This document shows, piece by piece, positions 9,893-21,613 of a stretch of DNA of 64,000 bases. Each line of letters starts with the position of its first letter. Positions within the stretch are counted from its first letter, which is position 1. A model generated the notes under the pieces. That model had not been told where the DNA came from. It worked only from the letters and a program-made list of their open reading frames with translations, and made no database searches. Origin of the DNA: an uncultured delta proteobacterium (lineage in GTDB: Bacteria > Desulfobacterota > Desulfobacteria > Desulfobacterales > Desulfatirhabdiaceae); the NCBI GenBank assembly GCA_963789395.1, contig CAWBKP010000014.1, positions 224,001 to 288,000 of the forward strand, read 5' to 3'. Both the position numbers and the translations under genes were made by a program.

Positions 9893-11490
9893 GCGTCAAG
9901 GATCTTCCCTGGCAGATCGACTGGAATAAGGAAAAATGCACGCTTTGCGGACAGTGTACGGCCGTGTGCCCGGTGCAGGCCATCGAACTGGGGGTATTCC
10001 GCAAAAGAGGCCTTGAACTGTCTCCCGGATTTGCCAAACCGCCCGAAAACACGATGCAGCTGTATTACGGCATCCGCCAGAAAACAGATCCGGCTTACAG
10101 CTGCGTGGGATGCGCCATGTGCGACCTGGTGTGCCCGAATGGCGCCATCACCCCCTGCCGAAGCGATGAGTCCGACAAGCTCGTTTTTCACCGGGACCGC
10201 GGAGGCCTGCCGCGCAGCCGAGGGGGGCGCCGGAATGCGCCGGGAACGGTACTGGATCAGATCAAGTTCATCCGGATTTCCATGCTTACGGACCCGGCGC
10301 TGGATGCCGGAAGGCACGAATTTGAAATTCGGACCCTTCTGGGACGCGTGCTTCCGCCGGAGGAAAATCTGGCATTTATCCGGCAGAACGGGTGGATTCC
10401 GCCTGTTCGGGAAATCTACCCCCTGATGATCGGCGGCATGTCGTTTGGCGCCCTGTCTCCCAATATGTGGGAAGGCCTTCAGATGGGTGTTGCCTACCTG
10501 AACGAAGAGCTGGGAATGCCGGTCCGGATCTGCACCGGCGAAGGCGGATGCCCGCCGCGGCTTCTGAGGTCCCGTTTTTTGAAATACGTGATTCTTCAGA
10601 TCGCCAGCGGGTATTTTGGCTGGGATGAAATCATTCACGCGCTTCCGGAAATGAAGGAAGACCCCTGCGCCATAGAAATCAAATACGGGCAGGGCGCCAA
10701 GCCCGGCGATGGCGGACTGCTGATGTGGCACAAGGTCAACCACCTCATTGCCGCGATCCGGGGAGTTCCTGCAGGCGTCAGCCTGCCGAGTCCGCCCACG
10801 CATCAGACCCAGTATTCCATCGAAGAATCCGTGGCCAAGATGATCCAGTCCATGGCCATGGCCTGGGGTTTCAGGGTTCCGGTTTATCCCAAAATATCCG
10901 GAACCTCCACGGCCCTTGCGGTTCTAAATAACCTGACCCGAAACCCCTTTGCCGGCGGCCTGGGCATCGACGGCGAGGACGGGGGAACCGGGGCAGCCTA
11001 TAATATTTCCATGAACCATATGGGCCATCCCATCGCCAGCAACATCCGGGACGCTTATCTGGGACTGGTGACCGCGGGCATGCAGAACGAAATTCCGCTC
11101 ATTGCCGGAGGCGGGGTCGGCAAAAGCGGCAATCTCGCCGCCAATACGGCCGCGCTGATCATGCTGGGCGCCAGCGCCGTTCAGATCGGAAAATATATTA
11201 TGCAGGCTGCCGCAGGATGCCTGGGATCCGAAACGGATCGCTGCAATATCTGCAATATCGGCCAGTGCCCCAAAGGCATCACCTCCCAGGACCCCAGGCT
11301 GTACCGCCGGCTGGATCCGGAGCAGGTAGCCCAGCGCGTGGTGGATGTGTTTCTGGGCTTTGATATGGAGCTCAAAAAAATTATCGCACCCCTGGGCCGC
11401 TCGACTTCCCTTCCGATCGGCATGTCCGATGCCCTGGGAATCAACGATTACCATATCAGCGAACGGCTGAGCATCAATTATGTGGTTTAG
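9856..11490 (+). CDS. Glutamate synthase FMN-binding subunit with N-terminal 2x[4Fe-4S] ferredoxin
   Basis: MSFGALS, TGEGG, EIKYGQGAKPGDGG, DGEDGGTGAA; two CxxCxxCxxxCP motifs. Confidence 0.9.
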   Translation: MPSNIPITPSTLSVKDLPWQIDWNKEKCTLCGQCTAVCPVQAIELGVFRKRGLELSPGFAKPPENTMQLYYGIRQKTDPAYSCVGCAMCDLVCPNGAITPCRSDESDKLVFHRDRGGLPRSRGGRRNAPGTVLDQIKFIRISMLTDPALDAGRHEFEIRTLLGRVLPPEENLAFIRQNGWIPPVREIYPLMIGGMSFGALSPNMWEGLQMGVAYLNEELGMPVRICTGEGGCPPRLLRSRFLKYVILQIASGYFGWDEIIHALPEMKEDPCAIEIKYGQGAKPGDGGLLMWHKVNHLIAAIRGVPAGVSLPSPPTHQTQYSIEESVAKMIQSMAMAWGFRVPVYPKISGTSTALAVLNNLTRNPFAGGLGIDGEDGGTGAAYNISMNHMGHPIASNIRDAYLGLVTAGMQNEIPLIAGGGVGKSGNLAANTAALIMLGASAVQIGKYIMQAAAGCLGSETDRCNICNIGQCPKGITSQDPRLYRRLDPEQVAQRVVDVFLGFDMELKKIIAPLGRSTSLPIGMSDALGINDYHISERLSINYVV

Positions 11491-11503
11491 GTGACGGAGC
11501 AAG

Positions 11504-13837
11504 ATGTCAATGGATGACAAGCACATTACCATTTCAGGAAAAATGGATGGAAACCGGCTGGATACCAGAATCCTGGAAGAGCGGATTCAGGAAGCGGTTG
11601 CCGGCGGATACCGGCATCTGACGGTCCAGGCGTATGGACAGCACGGCATCGGCGGCAGGCTCTGGCGGGCCGGCGATGATCCGGTTCATGTGAGAGTGGA
11701 AGGCCATTCCGGACAGCGGCTGGGGTCTCTGGGGTTTCCGAACACCGTCATCGAGGTGGACGGTCCGGTTTCGGATGATGTGGGCTGGTTGAATGCCGGC
11801 GCCCATATTGTGGTCCGCGGCCATGCGGGAAACGGCGCCTGCAACGCCATGGCCCAGGGAAAAGTATTTGTCGCAGGCAATATCGGATCGCGCGGCATGA
11901 CCATGACCAAACAGAACCCGCGGTTTGCTCCCCCGGAGCTCTGGGTTCTGGGATCTGTCGGAGATTATTTCGGGGAATTCATGGCCGGCGGCATTGCCGT
12001 CATCTGCGGTGTCAATTCCCAGGACCCCGGCAGTATTCTGGGTCACCGGCCTCTGGTCGGCATGGTGGGCGGCAAGGTGTTTTTTCGGGGGCCGCACCGG
12101 GGATTCAGCCAGGCAGATGCCAGGATACTGCCCATCGATCCGGACGACCGGCAGTGGCTTACGTCGAACCTGGAGCAGTTTCTCGGCAGGATCGGCAGGA
12201 CCGAACTGCTTGCGGAACTGTCGGATACAGACACCTGGCAGCTGATTGTCGCCCGGAACGCCCGGGAGAAAACCGCTCGGCAAAGACGGTCTCTGAAGTC
12301 CTTTCGCGCCGATGTCTGGGAAAAAGAGCTGGGGACCGGGGGCCTGATCGGAGATCTGGTAAGCTTTGACCGAAGTCCCGTTCCGCTGATACCTGTCGGC
12401 GAACTGCGGCGCTATGTGCCGATATGGGAAAACCGCCAGTACAAGGCGCCCTGTGAAGCCCAATGTCCCACGGGCATTCCGGTTCATGACAGGTGGCGCC
12501 TGGTTCGGGAAGGGCGGGTGGATGAGGCGGTGAATCTGGCCCTGAGTTATACACCGTTTCCGGCAACCGTCTGCGGGTATCTGTGCCCGAACCTCTGTAT
12601 GCAGGCCTGCACCCGAAAGAGCGAACACATGCCGGCCGTGGACATCACCCCTCTGGGGAAAGCCAGCATTGCCGCCAGCCTGCCGCAGCTTCCGGAAATC
12701 AGCGGAAAAACGATCGGCATTATCGGCGCAGGTCCCGCAGGATTGTCCATTGCCTGGCAGCTTCGTTTAAAAGGGCATGCGGTTACGGTGTTTGACACCG
12801 CAGGAACGATCGGCGGGAAAATCGCCTCCGTCATTCCGAAAAGCCGGATTCCTGAAGCCGTGGTAACGGCGGAACTGGAAAGGATTCGAAAAGCCATTCC
12901 CCATGTTCATCTTCAGCAGCGGCTGGATGGAAATGACTTTGAAAGGCTTCAGGGGGATTACGATTTTCTCGTGATTGCAGTGGGCGCGCAAAAACCCCGA
13001 ACCCTTCCGGTTCCCGGCAGCGAGCTGGCCTTGACTGCCCTGGATTTTCTCAAACGCTCCAAGTCCGGAAAGATCGCGCCAGGAAAACGGGTGGTCATTA
13101 TCGGCGCCGGAAACGTGGGCTGCGACGTGGCTACGGAAGCCAGACGGCTGGGCGCAGACACCATTACGCTTCTGGATGTTCAGGAGCCCGCCTCTTTCGG
13201 CAAGGAAAGGCAGGATGCGGAAGCGGCCGGGGCCGTCTTCAGATGGCCCTGTTTCACCCGGGAGATCACTTCCGGAGGCGTTACCCTGTCAACCGGCGAA
13301 ACCATCCCGGCGGATACCGTCATCATCTCGATCGGAGATGCGCCGGATCTGGATTTTCTTTCCCGGGACGTGGCAACGGATCGGGGATTTGTTCAAGTCA
13401 ATGCCCAGTATCAAACCTCGGTTCCCACGGTTTTTGCCATTGGCGATGCGGTGAAACCAGGGCTCCTGACCGACGCCATCGGATCGGGCCGAAAGGCGGC
13501 TGACGCGATTTTGAACATCATCGACGGAAAGCCTCTGGACAGCGACCTTCGCCCCGTGATCGCATCCAAACGGGTTTCCCTGGAATATTTCGATCCCCGG
13601 ATCAGCGAATTTGAGGATATGGACAGCTGCGGGTCCCAGTGTTCTTCCTGCGGCGCCTGCCGGGATTGCGGCATCTGCGTGGCTGTCTGTCCGCAGGCGG
13701 CCATCCGCCGGATGGAGATCATTCCCGCCGGCTATGAATACCGGGTGGATGAAAACCGGTGCATCGGCTGCGGATTTTGCGCCGGCGCCTGTCCCTGCGG
13801 CGTTTGGAATCTTGTTGAAAACCAGCCAATGGGATGA
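11504..13837 (+). CDS. Glutamate synthase GltB domain 3 fused to GltD-like FAD/NAD(P)H oxidoreductase and ferredoxin
   Basis: GXGXG beta-helix repeats (GDYFGEFMAGG), APC...CP, GAGPAG, GAGNVG, C-terminal ferredoxin motifs. Confidence 0.88.
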   Translation: MSMDDKHITISGKMDGNRLDTRILEERIQEAVAGGYRHLTVQAYGQHGIGGRLWRAGDDPVHVRVEGHSGQRLGSLGFPNTVIEVDGPVSDDVGWLNAGAHIVVRGHAGNGACNAMAQGKVFVAGNIGSRGMTMTKQNPRFAPPELWVLGSVGDYFGEFMAGGIAVICGVNSQDPGSILGHRPLVGMVGGKVFFRGPHRGFSQADARILPIDPDDRQWLTSNLEQFLGRIGRTELLAELSDTDTWQLIVARNAREKTARQRRSLKSFRADVWEKELGTGGLIGDLVSFDRSPVPLIPVGELRRYVPIWENRQYKAPCEAQCPTGIPVHDRWRLVREGRVDEAVNLALSYTPFPATVCGYLCPNLCMQACTRKSEHMPAVDITPLGKASIAASLPQLPEISGKTIGIIGAGPAGLSIAWQLRLKGHAVTVFDTAGTIGGKIASVIPKSRIPEAVVTAELERIRKAIPHVHLQQRLDGNDFERLQGDYDFLVIAVGAQKPRTLPVPGSELALTALDFLKRSKSGKIAPGKRVVIIGAGNVGCDVATEARRLGADTITLLDVQEPASFGKERQDAEAAGAVFRWPCFTREITSGGVTLSTGETIPADTVIISIGDAPDLDFLSRDVATDRGFVQVNAQYQTSVPTVFAIGDAVKPGLLTDAIGSGRKAADAILNIIDGKPLDSDLRPVIASKRVSLEYFDPRISEFEDMDSCGSQCSSCGACRDCGICVAVCPQAAIRRMEIIPAGYEYRVDENRCIGCGFCAGACPCGVWNLVENQPMG

Positions 13838-13854
13838 TACAAGGATGAGTTAAT

Positions 13855-15000
13855 ATGAAAAAAGCAATATTGGCGCTAGAAGACGGACGGACATTTGACT
13901 GCCGCTGCTTTACCGGCTCCGGTGAGGCAGGTGGCGAGGCAGTGTTCAACACCAGCATGACCGGATATCAGGAAGTGTTGACCGATCCCTCATACCGGGG
14001 TCAGGTGGTGACCATGACCTATCCGCTGATCGGCAATTACGGGGTCAATCCCGAGGATGTCGAATCGGACCGGATACAGGTTTCGGCGTTTGTGGTCCGG
14101 GAATATCAGCATTTTCCCAGCAATTACCGTTCCACGGGCTCGCTCTCCGATTATCTGAAAAAACAGGGCGTCATGGGAATCGACGGGCTGGATACCCGGG
14201 CACTGACCCTTCATTTGCGAAATTCCGGCGCCATGCGGGTATTTATCTCCACCGAAGATCCCGATCCGATCTCCTGCGCGGCAAAGGCCCGGCAGGTTCC
14301 CAGCATGATCGGACAGGATCTGGCCTCCGTGGTCTCCACCCGCCTGCCGTACCGGTGGATCCACAATGACATCCTTCCCGTTGAAGATCCGGAAACGGCG
14401 CTTTCCCAAAAGATCTGGAAGCATCGGGACAGGCTGCGCAGCGTGGTGGCTTTTGATTTTGGCATGAAGTACAATATTCTCAGATGCCTTGAGCAAACCG
14501 GATGTGAAGTGATTGTCGTCCCTGCAGCAACGCCCGCTGAAACGATCCGGAATATGGCGCCGGACGGCATATTTTTATCAAACGGCCCCGGTGATCCGGA
14601 ACCCGTGGATTACGCGGTTCAGACGATCCGGAACCTTTTGGGATTCCGGCCCATCTTCGGCATCTGCCTAGGGATTCAGCTTCTTGGCCTTGCCATGGGC
14701 GGGAAAACCTACAAACTCAAATTCGGTCACCGGGGAGCGAACCAGCCGGTCAAGAATTTACAGACCGGGCGGATCGAAATCACCTCGCAGAATCACGGGT
14801 TTGCCGTCGACATTGCCACGCTGAGCCCGGATGATGTCGAAATCACCCATGTCAACCTCAACGATCAGACCCTGGAAGGATTCCGCCACCGGACCCTGCC
14901 TGTTTTTGCCGTGCAATATCACCCGGAAGCATCGCCAGGCCCCGAGGACGCCCAGTATCTTTTTAATGAATTCACCCGGCTGATGGGTAATAGACTGTAG
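13855..15000 (+). CDS. carA: Carbamoyl-phosphate synthase small subunit
   Basis: [39 protein letters not shown]. Confidence 0.97.
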   Translation: MKKAILALEDGRTFDCRCFTGSGEAGGEAVFNTSMTGYQEVLTDPSYRGQVVTMTYPLIGNYGVNPEDVESDRIQVSAFVVREYQHFPSNYRSTGSLSDYLKKQGVMGIDGLDTRALTLHLRNSGAMRVFISTEDPDPISCAAKARQVPSMIGQDLASVVSTRLPYRWIHNDILPVEDPETALSQKIWKHRDRLRSVVAFDFGMKYNILRCLEQTGCEVIVVPAATPAETIRNMAPDGIFLSNGPGDPEPVDYAVQTIRNLLGFRPIFGICLGIQLLGLAMGGKTYKLKFGHRGANQPVKNLQTGRIEITSQNHGFAVDIATLSPDDVEITHVNLNDQTLEGFRHRTLPVFAVQYHPEASPGPEDAQYLFNEFTRLMGNRL

Positions 15001-15073
15001 GCTATGGGCTGAAGATAAACCCCATATCTTTATTAACCCATGCCATCCCCATAGCCTATTGCCCATTACCCAT
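14983..15073. repeat. Imperfect 26-bp inverted repeat built of 7-nt units between carA and carB
   Basis: ATGGGTAATAGACTGTAGGCTATGGG (14983-15008) vs reverse complement of 15048-15073, ATGGGTAATGGGCAATAGGCTATGGG. Confidence 0.8.
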
Positions 15074-15080
15074 AAAACCT

Positions 15081-18000
15081 ATGCCCAAACGAACAGACAT
15101 TCATAAAATCCTGATCATCGGCGCCGGCCCCATCATCATCAGCCAGGGCTGTGAATTTGATTATTCCGGCACCCAGGCCTGCAAGGCATTGAAGGAAGAA
15201 GGCTATGAGGTGGTCCTGATCAACAGCAATCCGGCCACCATCATGACCGATCCGGATATGGCCGACAGGACCTATATCGAACCCATTACGCCGGAGACCG
15301 TCGCCAAAATTGTCGAACGGGAGCGGCCCTGCGCCATTTTGCCAACGCTTGGGGGACAGACCGGCCTGAATACGGCGATCAAGGTGGCGGAGATGGGGGT
15401 TCTGGAAAAATACGGTGTTGAAATGATCGGCGCCACCATCCCGTCCATTCACAAGGCCGAGGACAGGGACTTGTTTCGACAGGCCATGGACAGAATCGGA
15501 CTCCGCATTCCCCGAAGCGGCATTGCCGTGACCATGGAACAGTGCCGGGCCATTGTCGATGACATCGGCTTTCCAATCATCATCCGGCCCAGCTATACCC
15601 TGGGCGGCACCGGCGGCGGGGTGGCCTATAATGCGGAAGACCTGGAAATCATCGCCAAGGCAGGGCTGGACGCAAGCCTGATCACCCAGGTGATGCTGGA
15701 AGAATCGGTTCTGGGATGGAAAGAATATGAGCTTGAGGTCATGCGGGATCATAACGACAACGTGGTGATCATCTGCTCCATTGAAAACGTGGATGCCATG
15801 GGGGTTCACACCGGAGACAGCATCACCGTGGCGCCTGCCCAGACCCTGACCGATAAAGAGTATCAGCGGATGCGAAACGCCGCCATTGCCATCATCCGGG
15901 AAATCGGCGTGGATACCGGCGGATCCAATGTCCAGTTTGCCATTCATCCCGATACCGGCGAGATGATCGTGGTGGAGATGAATCCCCGGGTATCCCGCAG
16001 CTCCGCCCTGGCCTCCAAGGCAACCGGATACCCCATCGCCAAAATCGCCGCCAAGCTGGCCGTGGGGTATACGCTCGATGAAATCCCCAACGACATCACC
16101 GGCGAAACCATGGCATCGTTCGAGCCCACCATCGATTATTGCGTGGTCAAAATTCCCAGGTGGACGTTTGAAAAATTTCCGGAAACCCAGGATTTTCTGA
16201 CAACCGCCATGAAATCCGTGGGTGAGACCATGTCCATTGGCCGCACCTTTAAGGAAGCCCTCCAAAAAGGCATCCGGTCCCTTGAGATCGGCCGATATGG
16301 ACTGGGAGGAGACGGCAAGGACCCTGCCATACTGCCTACCCGGCTTGAAATTGAACAGCGCCTGGCAACCCCCAATTCCCAGCGGATATTTTACCTGCGA
16401 TACGCCCTGCAGAGCGGCATGAGCATGGAAGCCATCTACGATCTGACCCGGATCGACCCGTGGTTTCTGGATCAGATCCGGCAGATCGTGGATATGGAAA
16501 CGGAAATTGCCGCAGCAGGAAAAGATATTTCAGCAGAATTGCTAAGAGAGGCCAAGTCAACGGGGTTTTCCGACATCCAGATCGCCTGCCTCATCGGGTC
16601 AACCGAACAGGATGTCAGGAAACGGCGAACGGAACTGGGGATCCTTCCGGTCTATAAGCTGGTGGACACGTGCGCCGCCGAGTTCAAGGCCGCCACTCCC
16701 TATTATTATTCCACGTATGAAACGGAAAATGAAGCCCGGGTGTCGGACCGGAAAAAAGTCATGATTCTGGGCGGTGGTCCCAACCGGATCGGACAGGGAA
16801 TCGAGTTTGACTACTGCTGCGTCCATGCCTCCTTCGCCCTTCGGGAAGAAGGGATTGAAAGCATCATGGTAAACAGCAATCCCGAGACCGTCAGCACGGA
16901 TTACGACACGTCCGACAAGCTCTATTTCGAGCCCCTGACCCGCGAGGATGTGCTGCACATCGTTGAGACGGAAAAGCCGTTCGGTGTGATTGTCCAGTTC
17001 GGCGGGCAGACCCCGCTCAACCTGTCCACCTCCCTTTTTAAGGCCGGCGTGCCCATTCTGGGGACCCAGCCAGAAAGCATCGATCGGGCCGAAGACAGAA
17101 AACTCTTCCAGGCCATGCTCCATAAGCTCGGCCTGATTCAGCCGGCAAACGGCACCGCAACCTCTGTTGCCGAGGCTGCCGCGGTTGCCCAAACCATCGG
17201 ATATCCGGTTGTTGTCCGGCCTTCCTATGTTCTGGGCGGCAGGGCCATGAAGATTGTCTACGACCCCAAAGAACTGGAAAACTTTACCCTGCTGGCCATC
17301 GCCGCATCGCCGGACCATCCGGTGCTGATCGATAAATTTCTGGAAGACGCCGTTGAAGTGGATGTGGATGCCATTTCCGACGGAAACACCACGATTATCG
17401 GCGGCATCATGGAGCACATCGAGGAGGCCGGCATTCATTCCGGGGATTCCGCCTGCGTGCTGCCGCCTTATAGCCTGAAACCGGAGATTCTTGAAGAGAT
17501 CACCCGGGCCACAAAGGCCATGGCCGCTGAACTTAATGTGATCGGGCTGATGAATGTGCAATATGCGGTCAAAAACGACAGCCTGTTTGTCCTGGAAGTC
17601 AACCCGAGGGCATCCAGAACCATTCCGTTCGTCAGCAAGGCCACCGGTGTTCCCCTTGCCAAGCTGGCAACCAAGATCATGCTGGGCAAAACCCTGAAAG
17701 AGCTGGGGGTGACGACGGAAAAAGTGCCATCCCACATATCGGTCAAGGAGGCGGTCATGCCGTTTAACCGGTTTCCGGATGTGGATACCCTGCTCGGCCC
17801 GGAGATGAAGTCCACAGGCGAAGTCATGGGTATCGACGAAGACCTGGGTTCCGCCTATGCCAAAGCCCAGCTCGGCGCTGGCCAGAATCTGCCCCTTGAA
17901 GGCGCCGTCTTTATCAGCGTCAAGGATCGGGATAAACCCGGCGCCCTGATGGTTGCCAGACAGCTTCAGGAAATCGGATTTTCCCTCATGACAACGCGCG

Positions 18001-18287
18001 GAACCGGGGTGTATCTGGAAAAGAGCGGCATTCCCAGCCGGATGGTCAACAAGGTGTCGGTGGGCCGGCCCCATGTGGTGGACGCCATCATGAACCGGGA
18101 AATCCAGCTCATCGTCAACACCGGATTCGGCAATGAAACCAAGCGAGACGGCTACCTTTTAAGGCGCGCCGCCATCAAATACAACATTCCCTATACAACG
18201 ACCCTGGCCGGAGCCATTGCCCTGGCAAAGGCCATTGCCGCCATGAAACAAAAGGATCTTTCGGTAAAATCCCTTCAGGAATATTGA
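15081..18287 (+). CDS. carB: Carbamoyl-phosphate synthase large subunit
   Basis: MPKRTDI, EFDYSG.QAC, duplicated ATP-grasp domains, MGS domain; 1068 aa. Confidence 0.98.
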   Translation: MPKRTDIHKILIIGAGPIIISQGCEFDYSGTQACKALKEEGYEVVLINSNPATIMTDPDMADRTYIEPITPETVAKIVERERPCAILPTLGGQTGLNTAIKVAEMGVLEKYGVEMIGATIPSIHKAEDRDLFRQAMDRIGLRIPRSGIAVTMEQCRAIVDDIGFPIIIRPSYTLGGTGGGVAYNAEDLEIIAKAGLDASLITQVMLEESVLGWKEYELEVMRDHNDNVVIICSIENVDAMGVHTGDSITVAPAQTLTDKEYQRMRNAAIAIIREIGVDTGGSNVQFAIHPDTGEMIVVEMNPRVSRSSALASKATGYPIAKIAAKLAVGYTLDEIPNDITGETMASFEPTIDYCVVKIPRWTFEKFPETQDFLTTAMKSVGETMSIGRTFKEALQKGIRSLEIGRYGLGGDGKDPAILPTRLEIEQRLATPNSQRIFYLRYALQSGMSMEAIYDLTRIDPWFLDQIRQIVDMETEIAAAGKDISAELLREAKSTGFSDIQIACLIGSTEQDVRKRRTELGILPVYKLVDTCAAEFKAATPYYYSTYETENEARVSDRKKVMILGGGPNRIGQGIEFDYCCVHASFALREEGIESIMVNSNPETVSTDYDTSDKLYFEPLTREDVLHIVETEKPFGVIVQFGGQTPLNLSTSLFKAGVPILGTQPESIDRAEDRKLFQAMLHKLGLIQPANGTATSVAEAAAVAQTIGYPVVVRPSYVLGGRAMKIVYDPKELENFTLLAIAASPDHPVLIDKFLEDAVEVDVDAISDGNTTIIGGIMEHIEEAGIHSGDSACVLPPYSLKPEILEEITRATKAMAAELNVIGLMNVQYAVKNDSLFVLEVNPRASRTIPFVSKATGVPLAKLATKIMLGKTLKELGVTTEKVPSHISVKEAVMPFNRFPDVDTLLGPEMKSTGEVMGIDEDLGSAYAKAQLGAGQNLPLEGAVFISVKDRDKPGALMVARQLQEIGFSLMTTRGTGVYLEKSGIPSRMVNKVSVGRPHVVDAIMNREIQLIVNTGFGNETKRDGYLLRRAAIKYNIPYTTTLAGAIALAKAIAAMKQKDLSVKSLQEY

Positions 18288-18305
18288 GAGCAAAGAAAAA
18301 AAATC

Positions 18306-19757
18306 ATGAACGATACGTCCTGTTTTGAATTTGAGCAATTTCCCGATGAAGACAAGCCTCGGGAAGCCTGCGGCCTGTTCGGCATTCACGGCCATCCGGA
18401 TTCGGCCAGGCTGACCTACTTCGGGCTCTATGCGCTTCAGCACCGGGGCCAGGAAAGCGCCGGCATCGCCGTGATTCAGAACCGGCAGATCATCTCTCAC
18501 AAGGGGATGGGGCTGGTTTCGGATGTGTTTAAAGAACCCTGCCTGGATCTTCTGGACGGCGCCAGCGCCATCGGCCATGTCCGGTATTCAACCACCGGAA
18601 GCTCCATTCTGAACAATGCCCAGCCCTTTGTCGTTCACCACCGTCAGCGCTCCTATGCCGTTGCTCACAACGGAAATCTGGTGAATGCCCCCGCACTGAA
18701 AAACGAGCTGGAAGAATCGGGCTCCATTTTTCAAACGACAACGGACAGCGAGGTGTTTCTTCATCTATTTGTCAAAAATCTTCAGATGGGATTTGAGAAA
18801 GCTCTGGTCGAAGCCGTTTCGCGCATCAAGGGGGCCTTTTCCCTGGTCGTCATGACAAACAAGGGCGAGATCATCGGCATCAAAGACCCCAATGGATTCA
18901 GGCCCCTTTGTCTGGGCAGGCTGAACGGCCATTACGTGCTGGCCTCTGAAACCTGCGCCCTGGATCTGGTGGAGGCCGAGTTCATCCGGGAGCTGAACCC
19001 GGGGGAAATCGTCATCATCAGCCAGGACGGGATTCGCAGCATTCAAACCCCGCCGGCTGCCTGCCGGTCGTTTTGCATATTTGAATTTATCTATTTCGCC
19101 AGACCGGACAGCACCATATTCGGCAAGAACGTCTATCTCACCCGGAAAGCCCATGGCCGCCAGCTGGCATCCGAGGCCCCGGTTCAGGCCGATTTGATCA
19201 TGCCGTTCCCGGATTCCGGAACATATGCGGCCCTGGGATATTCCGAAGCATCCGGTATCCCGTTTGAAATGGGAATGATCCGAAACCATTACGTGGGACG
19301 GACCTTTATTCAGCCGACCCAGAGCATGCGGGATTTCGGCGTCCGGGTGAAGCTGAACCCCGTCAAGGAACTTCTCAAGGGCAAAGACATCGTCATCATT
19401 GAAGACTCCATTATCCGGGGCACGACGGTTCGAACCCGTGTCAAGGCGCTTCGGGAACTCGGGGTCAAACGGGTCCACCTGCGGGTCAGCGGACCGGCCC
19501 ACCGGTTTCCCTGTCATTACGGCATTGATTTTTCTACCAAGGGCGAGCTGATCGCTTCCCGGATGCGGGTTGAAGAGCTCAGGGATTTTCTGGGACTCGA
19601 TTCGCTGCATTATCTGAGCCTGAAAGGCCTTCTGGCGGCAACCTGTATTGAAAATCCCGAAGATTGTTTTTGCAAGGCCTGTTTCGACGGGTGTTATCCG
19701 GTTGAATTCGATGAAAATCTCACCAAGGATTGTATGGAACAGAATTTAAGCGAATAG
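18306..19757 (+). CDS. purF: Amidophosphoribosyltransferase
   Basis: EACGLFG, LQHRGQE, GHVRYST, FEFIYFARPDS, DSIIRGTT, CKACF. Confidence 0.97.
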   Translation: MNDTSCFEFEQFPDEDKPREACGLFGIHGHPDSARLTYFGLYALQHRGQESAGIAVIQNRQIISHKGMGLVSDVFKEPCLDLLDGASAIGHVRYSTTGSSILNNAQPFVVHHRQRSYAVAHNGNLVNAPALKNELEESGSIFQTTTDSEVFLHLFVKNLQMGFEKALVEAVSRIKGAFSLVVMTNKGEIIGIKDPNGFRPLCLGRLNGHYVLASETCALDLVEAEFIRELNPGEIVIISQDGIRSIQTPPAACRSFCIFEFIYFARPDSTIFGKNVYLTRKAHGRQLASEAPVQADLIMPFPDSGTYAALGYSEASGIPFEMGMIRNHYVGRTFIQPTQSMRDFGVRVKLNPVKELLKGKDIVIIEDSIIRGTTVRTRVKALRELGVKRVHLRVSGPAHRFPCHYGIDFSTKGELIASRMRVEELRDFLGLDSLHYLSLKGLLAATCIENPEDCFCKACFDGCYPVEFDENLTKDCMEQNLSE

Positions 19758-19941
19758 ACAGGTGCCGGACAGATAATTTTGAACTTGCGTAAAGCCTGAT
19801 CTTGTGTTAGGTTTTCTAAAATCAAGATTAGCATGCGTATTTTTATGAATATATCGTTGAAATCATTACCATGCAGTCAGCATGGACATCCTTTGCAGAA
19901 CCTTAAATAAACGGATAACATTAAAGGAGGGGGTATTTTCT

Positions 19942-20220
19942 ATGAAAACTTTGATCGGTGGTGCAGTAGCAGCGGTATTGGGACTTATCGGTGTTTCTAT
20001 TTGGTTTAAGGAATTCTTGCAGATCCTGGCCGGCGTACTTCCTATCATGCTGCTTCTTGGCGGCGGTCTGGCGCTTTATCTGGGATTTGACGAATTGAAG
20101 GATACCTGGAAAAAAGATGATAAACCGGCCGCTCCTGCTGCCGATAACGTAGATAAATACAAACAGGAAATCGATGATCTGAAAAAAGAAATCGAAACCT
20201 TAAAGACCGAAAAGGCCTGA
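19942..20220 (+). CDS. Small two-TM membrane protein with C-terminal coiled coil
   Basis: AAGGAGG RBS; two hydrophobic helices and a charged tail. Confidence 0.75.
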   Translation: MKTLIGGAVAAVLGLIGVSIWFKEFLQILAGVLPIMLLLGGGLALYLGFDELKDTWKKDDKPAAPAADNVDKYKQEIDDLKKEIETLKTEKA

Positions 20221-20297
20221 TTTTCAACCGGTTTTTTTCGTAAATAAACGATCGGATTTTCCCGCCGGCACCCAGAAATGGCTGTTTCCTTCCGGAT

Positions 20298-20334
20298 AAA
20301 AAAGGAGTATTGGCATATGCCGATGCTCCTTTTC
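20298..20334. terminator. Bidirectional rho-independent terminator
   Basis: AAAAGGAGTATTGG-CATATG-CCGATGCTCCTTTT between convergent genes. Confidence 0.75.
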
Positions 20335-20336
20335 TG

Positions 20337-21014
20337 TTATGTCTGTTGTAGAATTGCCGAGGTCGCCAGTTTATCGGCCCGTTCATTGCCTTCTATTCCC
20401 GCATGCCCTTTGACTTTGACGAATGACAGGTTTTTGAATCGTTGCATCAGCACGCGGATGTCGCTGACAAGCTGCGTATTTTTTCTGGCCTTCCATCCCC
20501 GCACCAGCAGGCCGTAGGCATAGCCGCTGTCCGTATAGACCCGTATCGGCAAATCGGGATTCTTTACCTCCAGAAGGCCGGTGCGAATGGCCTCCAGCTC
20601 GGCAATGTTGTTGGTGCCCAATCCGATATTCCGGGAGATTTCCTTTTCGTGTCCCCGATAGCGAAGCAGAACCCCGATTCCGGATGGACCTGGGTTTCCA
20701 GATGAAGCGCCATCGGCATAGATTTGAATGCAGTCCGGGTCCTCCGGGCAGGGCGGCTCGCTTGACGGGTGGATCGCTTTTCGGGTCTCCCTGGGTTTGC
20801 TGCGGGGGGTTGCAGCAGCGTCCCCGGGTTCGGCATCCAGGGGCAACAGATCCGTTTCGCGGACCCGATATTCATAATCCTGCTCCTTTTGATACTTGAT
20901 CAGGACTTTACCGTTGTGGGCCTGGATTTTCCCGTCCGAATCGGCCGCTACCCAGACCTTGTTCCGCTTGAAGCGCATGCGTATCCAGCCTGAATCACCC
21001 GTTGTCATCGTCAT
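20337..21014 (-). CDS. rnhA: Ribonuclease HI with N-terminal extra domain
   Basis: YADGASSGNPGP, TNNIAEL, YTDS, VKGHAG..GNERADKLA. Confidence 0.9.
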   Translation of the reverse strand: MTMTTGDSGWIRMRFKRNKVWVAADSDGKIQAHNGKVLIKYQKEQDYEYRVRETDLLPLDAEPGDAAATPRSKPRETRKAIHPSSEPPCPEDPDCIQIYADGASSGNPGPSGIGVLLRYRGHEKEISRNIGLGTNNIAELEAIRTGLLEVKNPDLPIRVYTDSGYAYGLLVRGWKARKNTQLVSDIRVLMQRFKNLSFVKVKGHAGIEGNERADKLATSAILQQT

Positions 21015-21196
21015 TGCCCCCTGTCGATTGAAAATGAATCAGCATATTTATTCAAGCCTGTTCCGTCAAGACTTTTATGAATTTCGGCTTTTGGGAAAAC
21101 AGGGGCATTGTGTATTGCCGTGGAAACCGGTACAATTACCGTGTACGTTATGGAATATGACAAGCTTGCGGTGATCGTTTTTTGGGAATGTATGAG

Positions 21197-21613
21197 ATGA
21201 AAAAAATTTCCGACCCCCTTTCGCCGGTTTTCAGCACGGGTTCGCCCAAAGTCTATGAATATCCCCTTGCCGAAGGCTGGGTGGCCATGGCCGGAAAAAC
21301 CGATGTGGACAATGACCTGCTGAGCCTGAAAACTGCCGGCCCCAATGACTGGTGGTTTCATGTTCGCGGCATGCCCGGAAGTCATGTTCTGCTTGTTGGA
21401 ACCAGCAATGAGGAGCCGGGAAGCGAACTGCTCCGCCAGGCGGCCGCCATTGCAGCCTATCACAGCAAGGCCCGGGACGGCGGAACGGTTTCGGTTTCCG
21501 CGACCCGCGCCCGGTATGTTTCCAAACCGCGCGGCGCCAAACCCGGAACCGTCACGATTCGAAAAGAAATCGTATTGAAGGTGCGCCCGGCAATCCCGAA
21601 ACCGCCGTCATGA
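21197..21613 (+). CDS. NFACT RNA-binding domain protein (DUF814)
   Basis: GKT..DND.L, WFHVRG.PGSHV, AAYHSKAR, V.KP.GAKPG.V. Confidence 0.88.
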   Translation: MKKISDPLSPVFSTGSPKVYEYPLAEGWVAMAGKTDVDNDLLSLKTAGPNDWWFHVRGMPGSHVLLVGTSNEEPGSELLRQAAAIAAYHSKARDGGTVSVSATRARYVSKPRGAKPGTVTIRKEIVLKVRPAIPKPPS

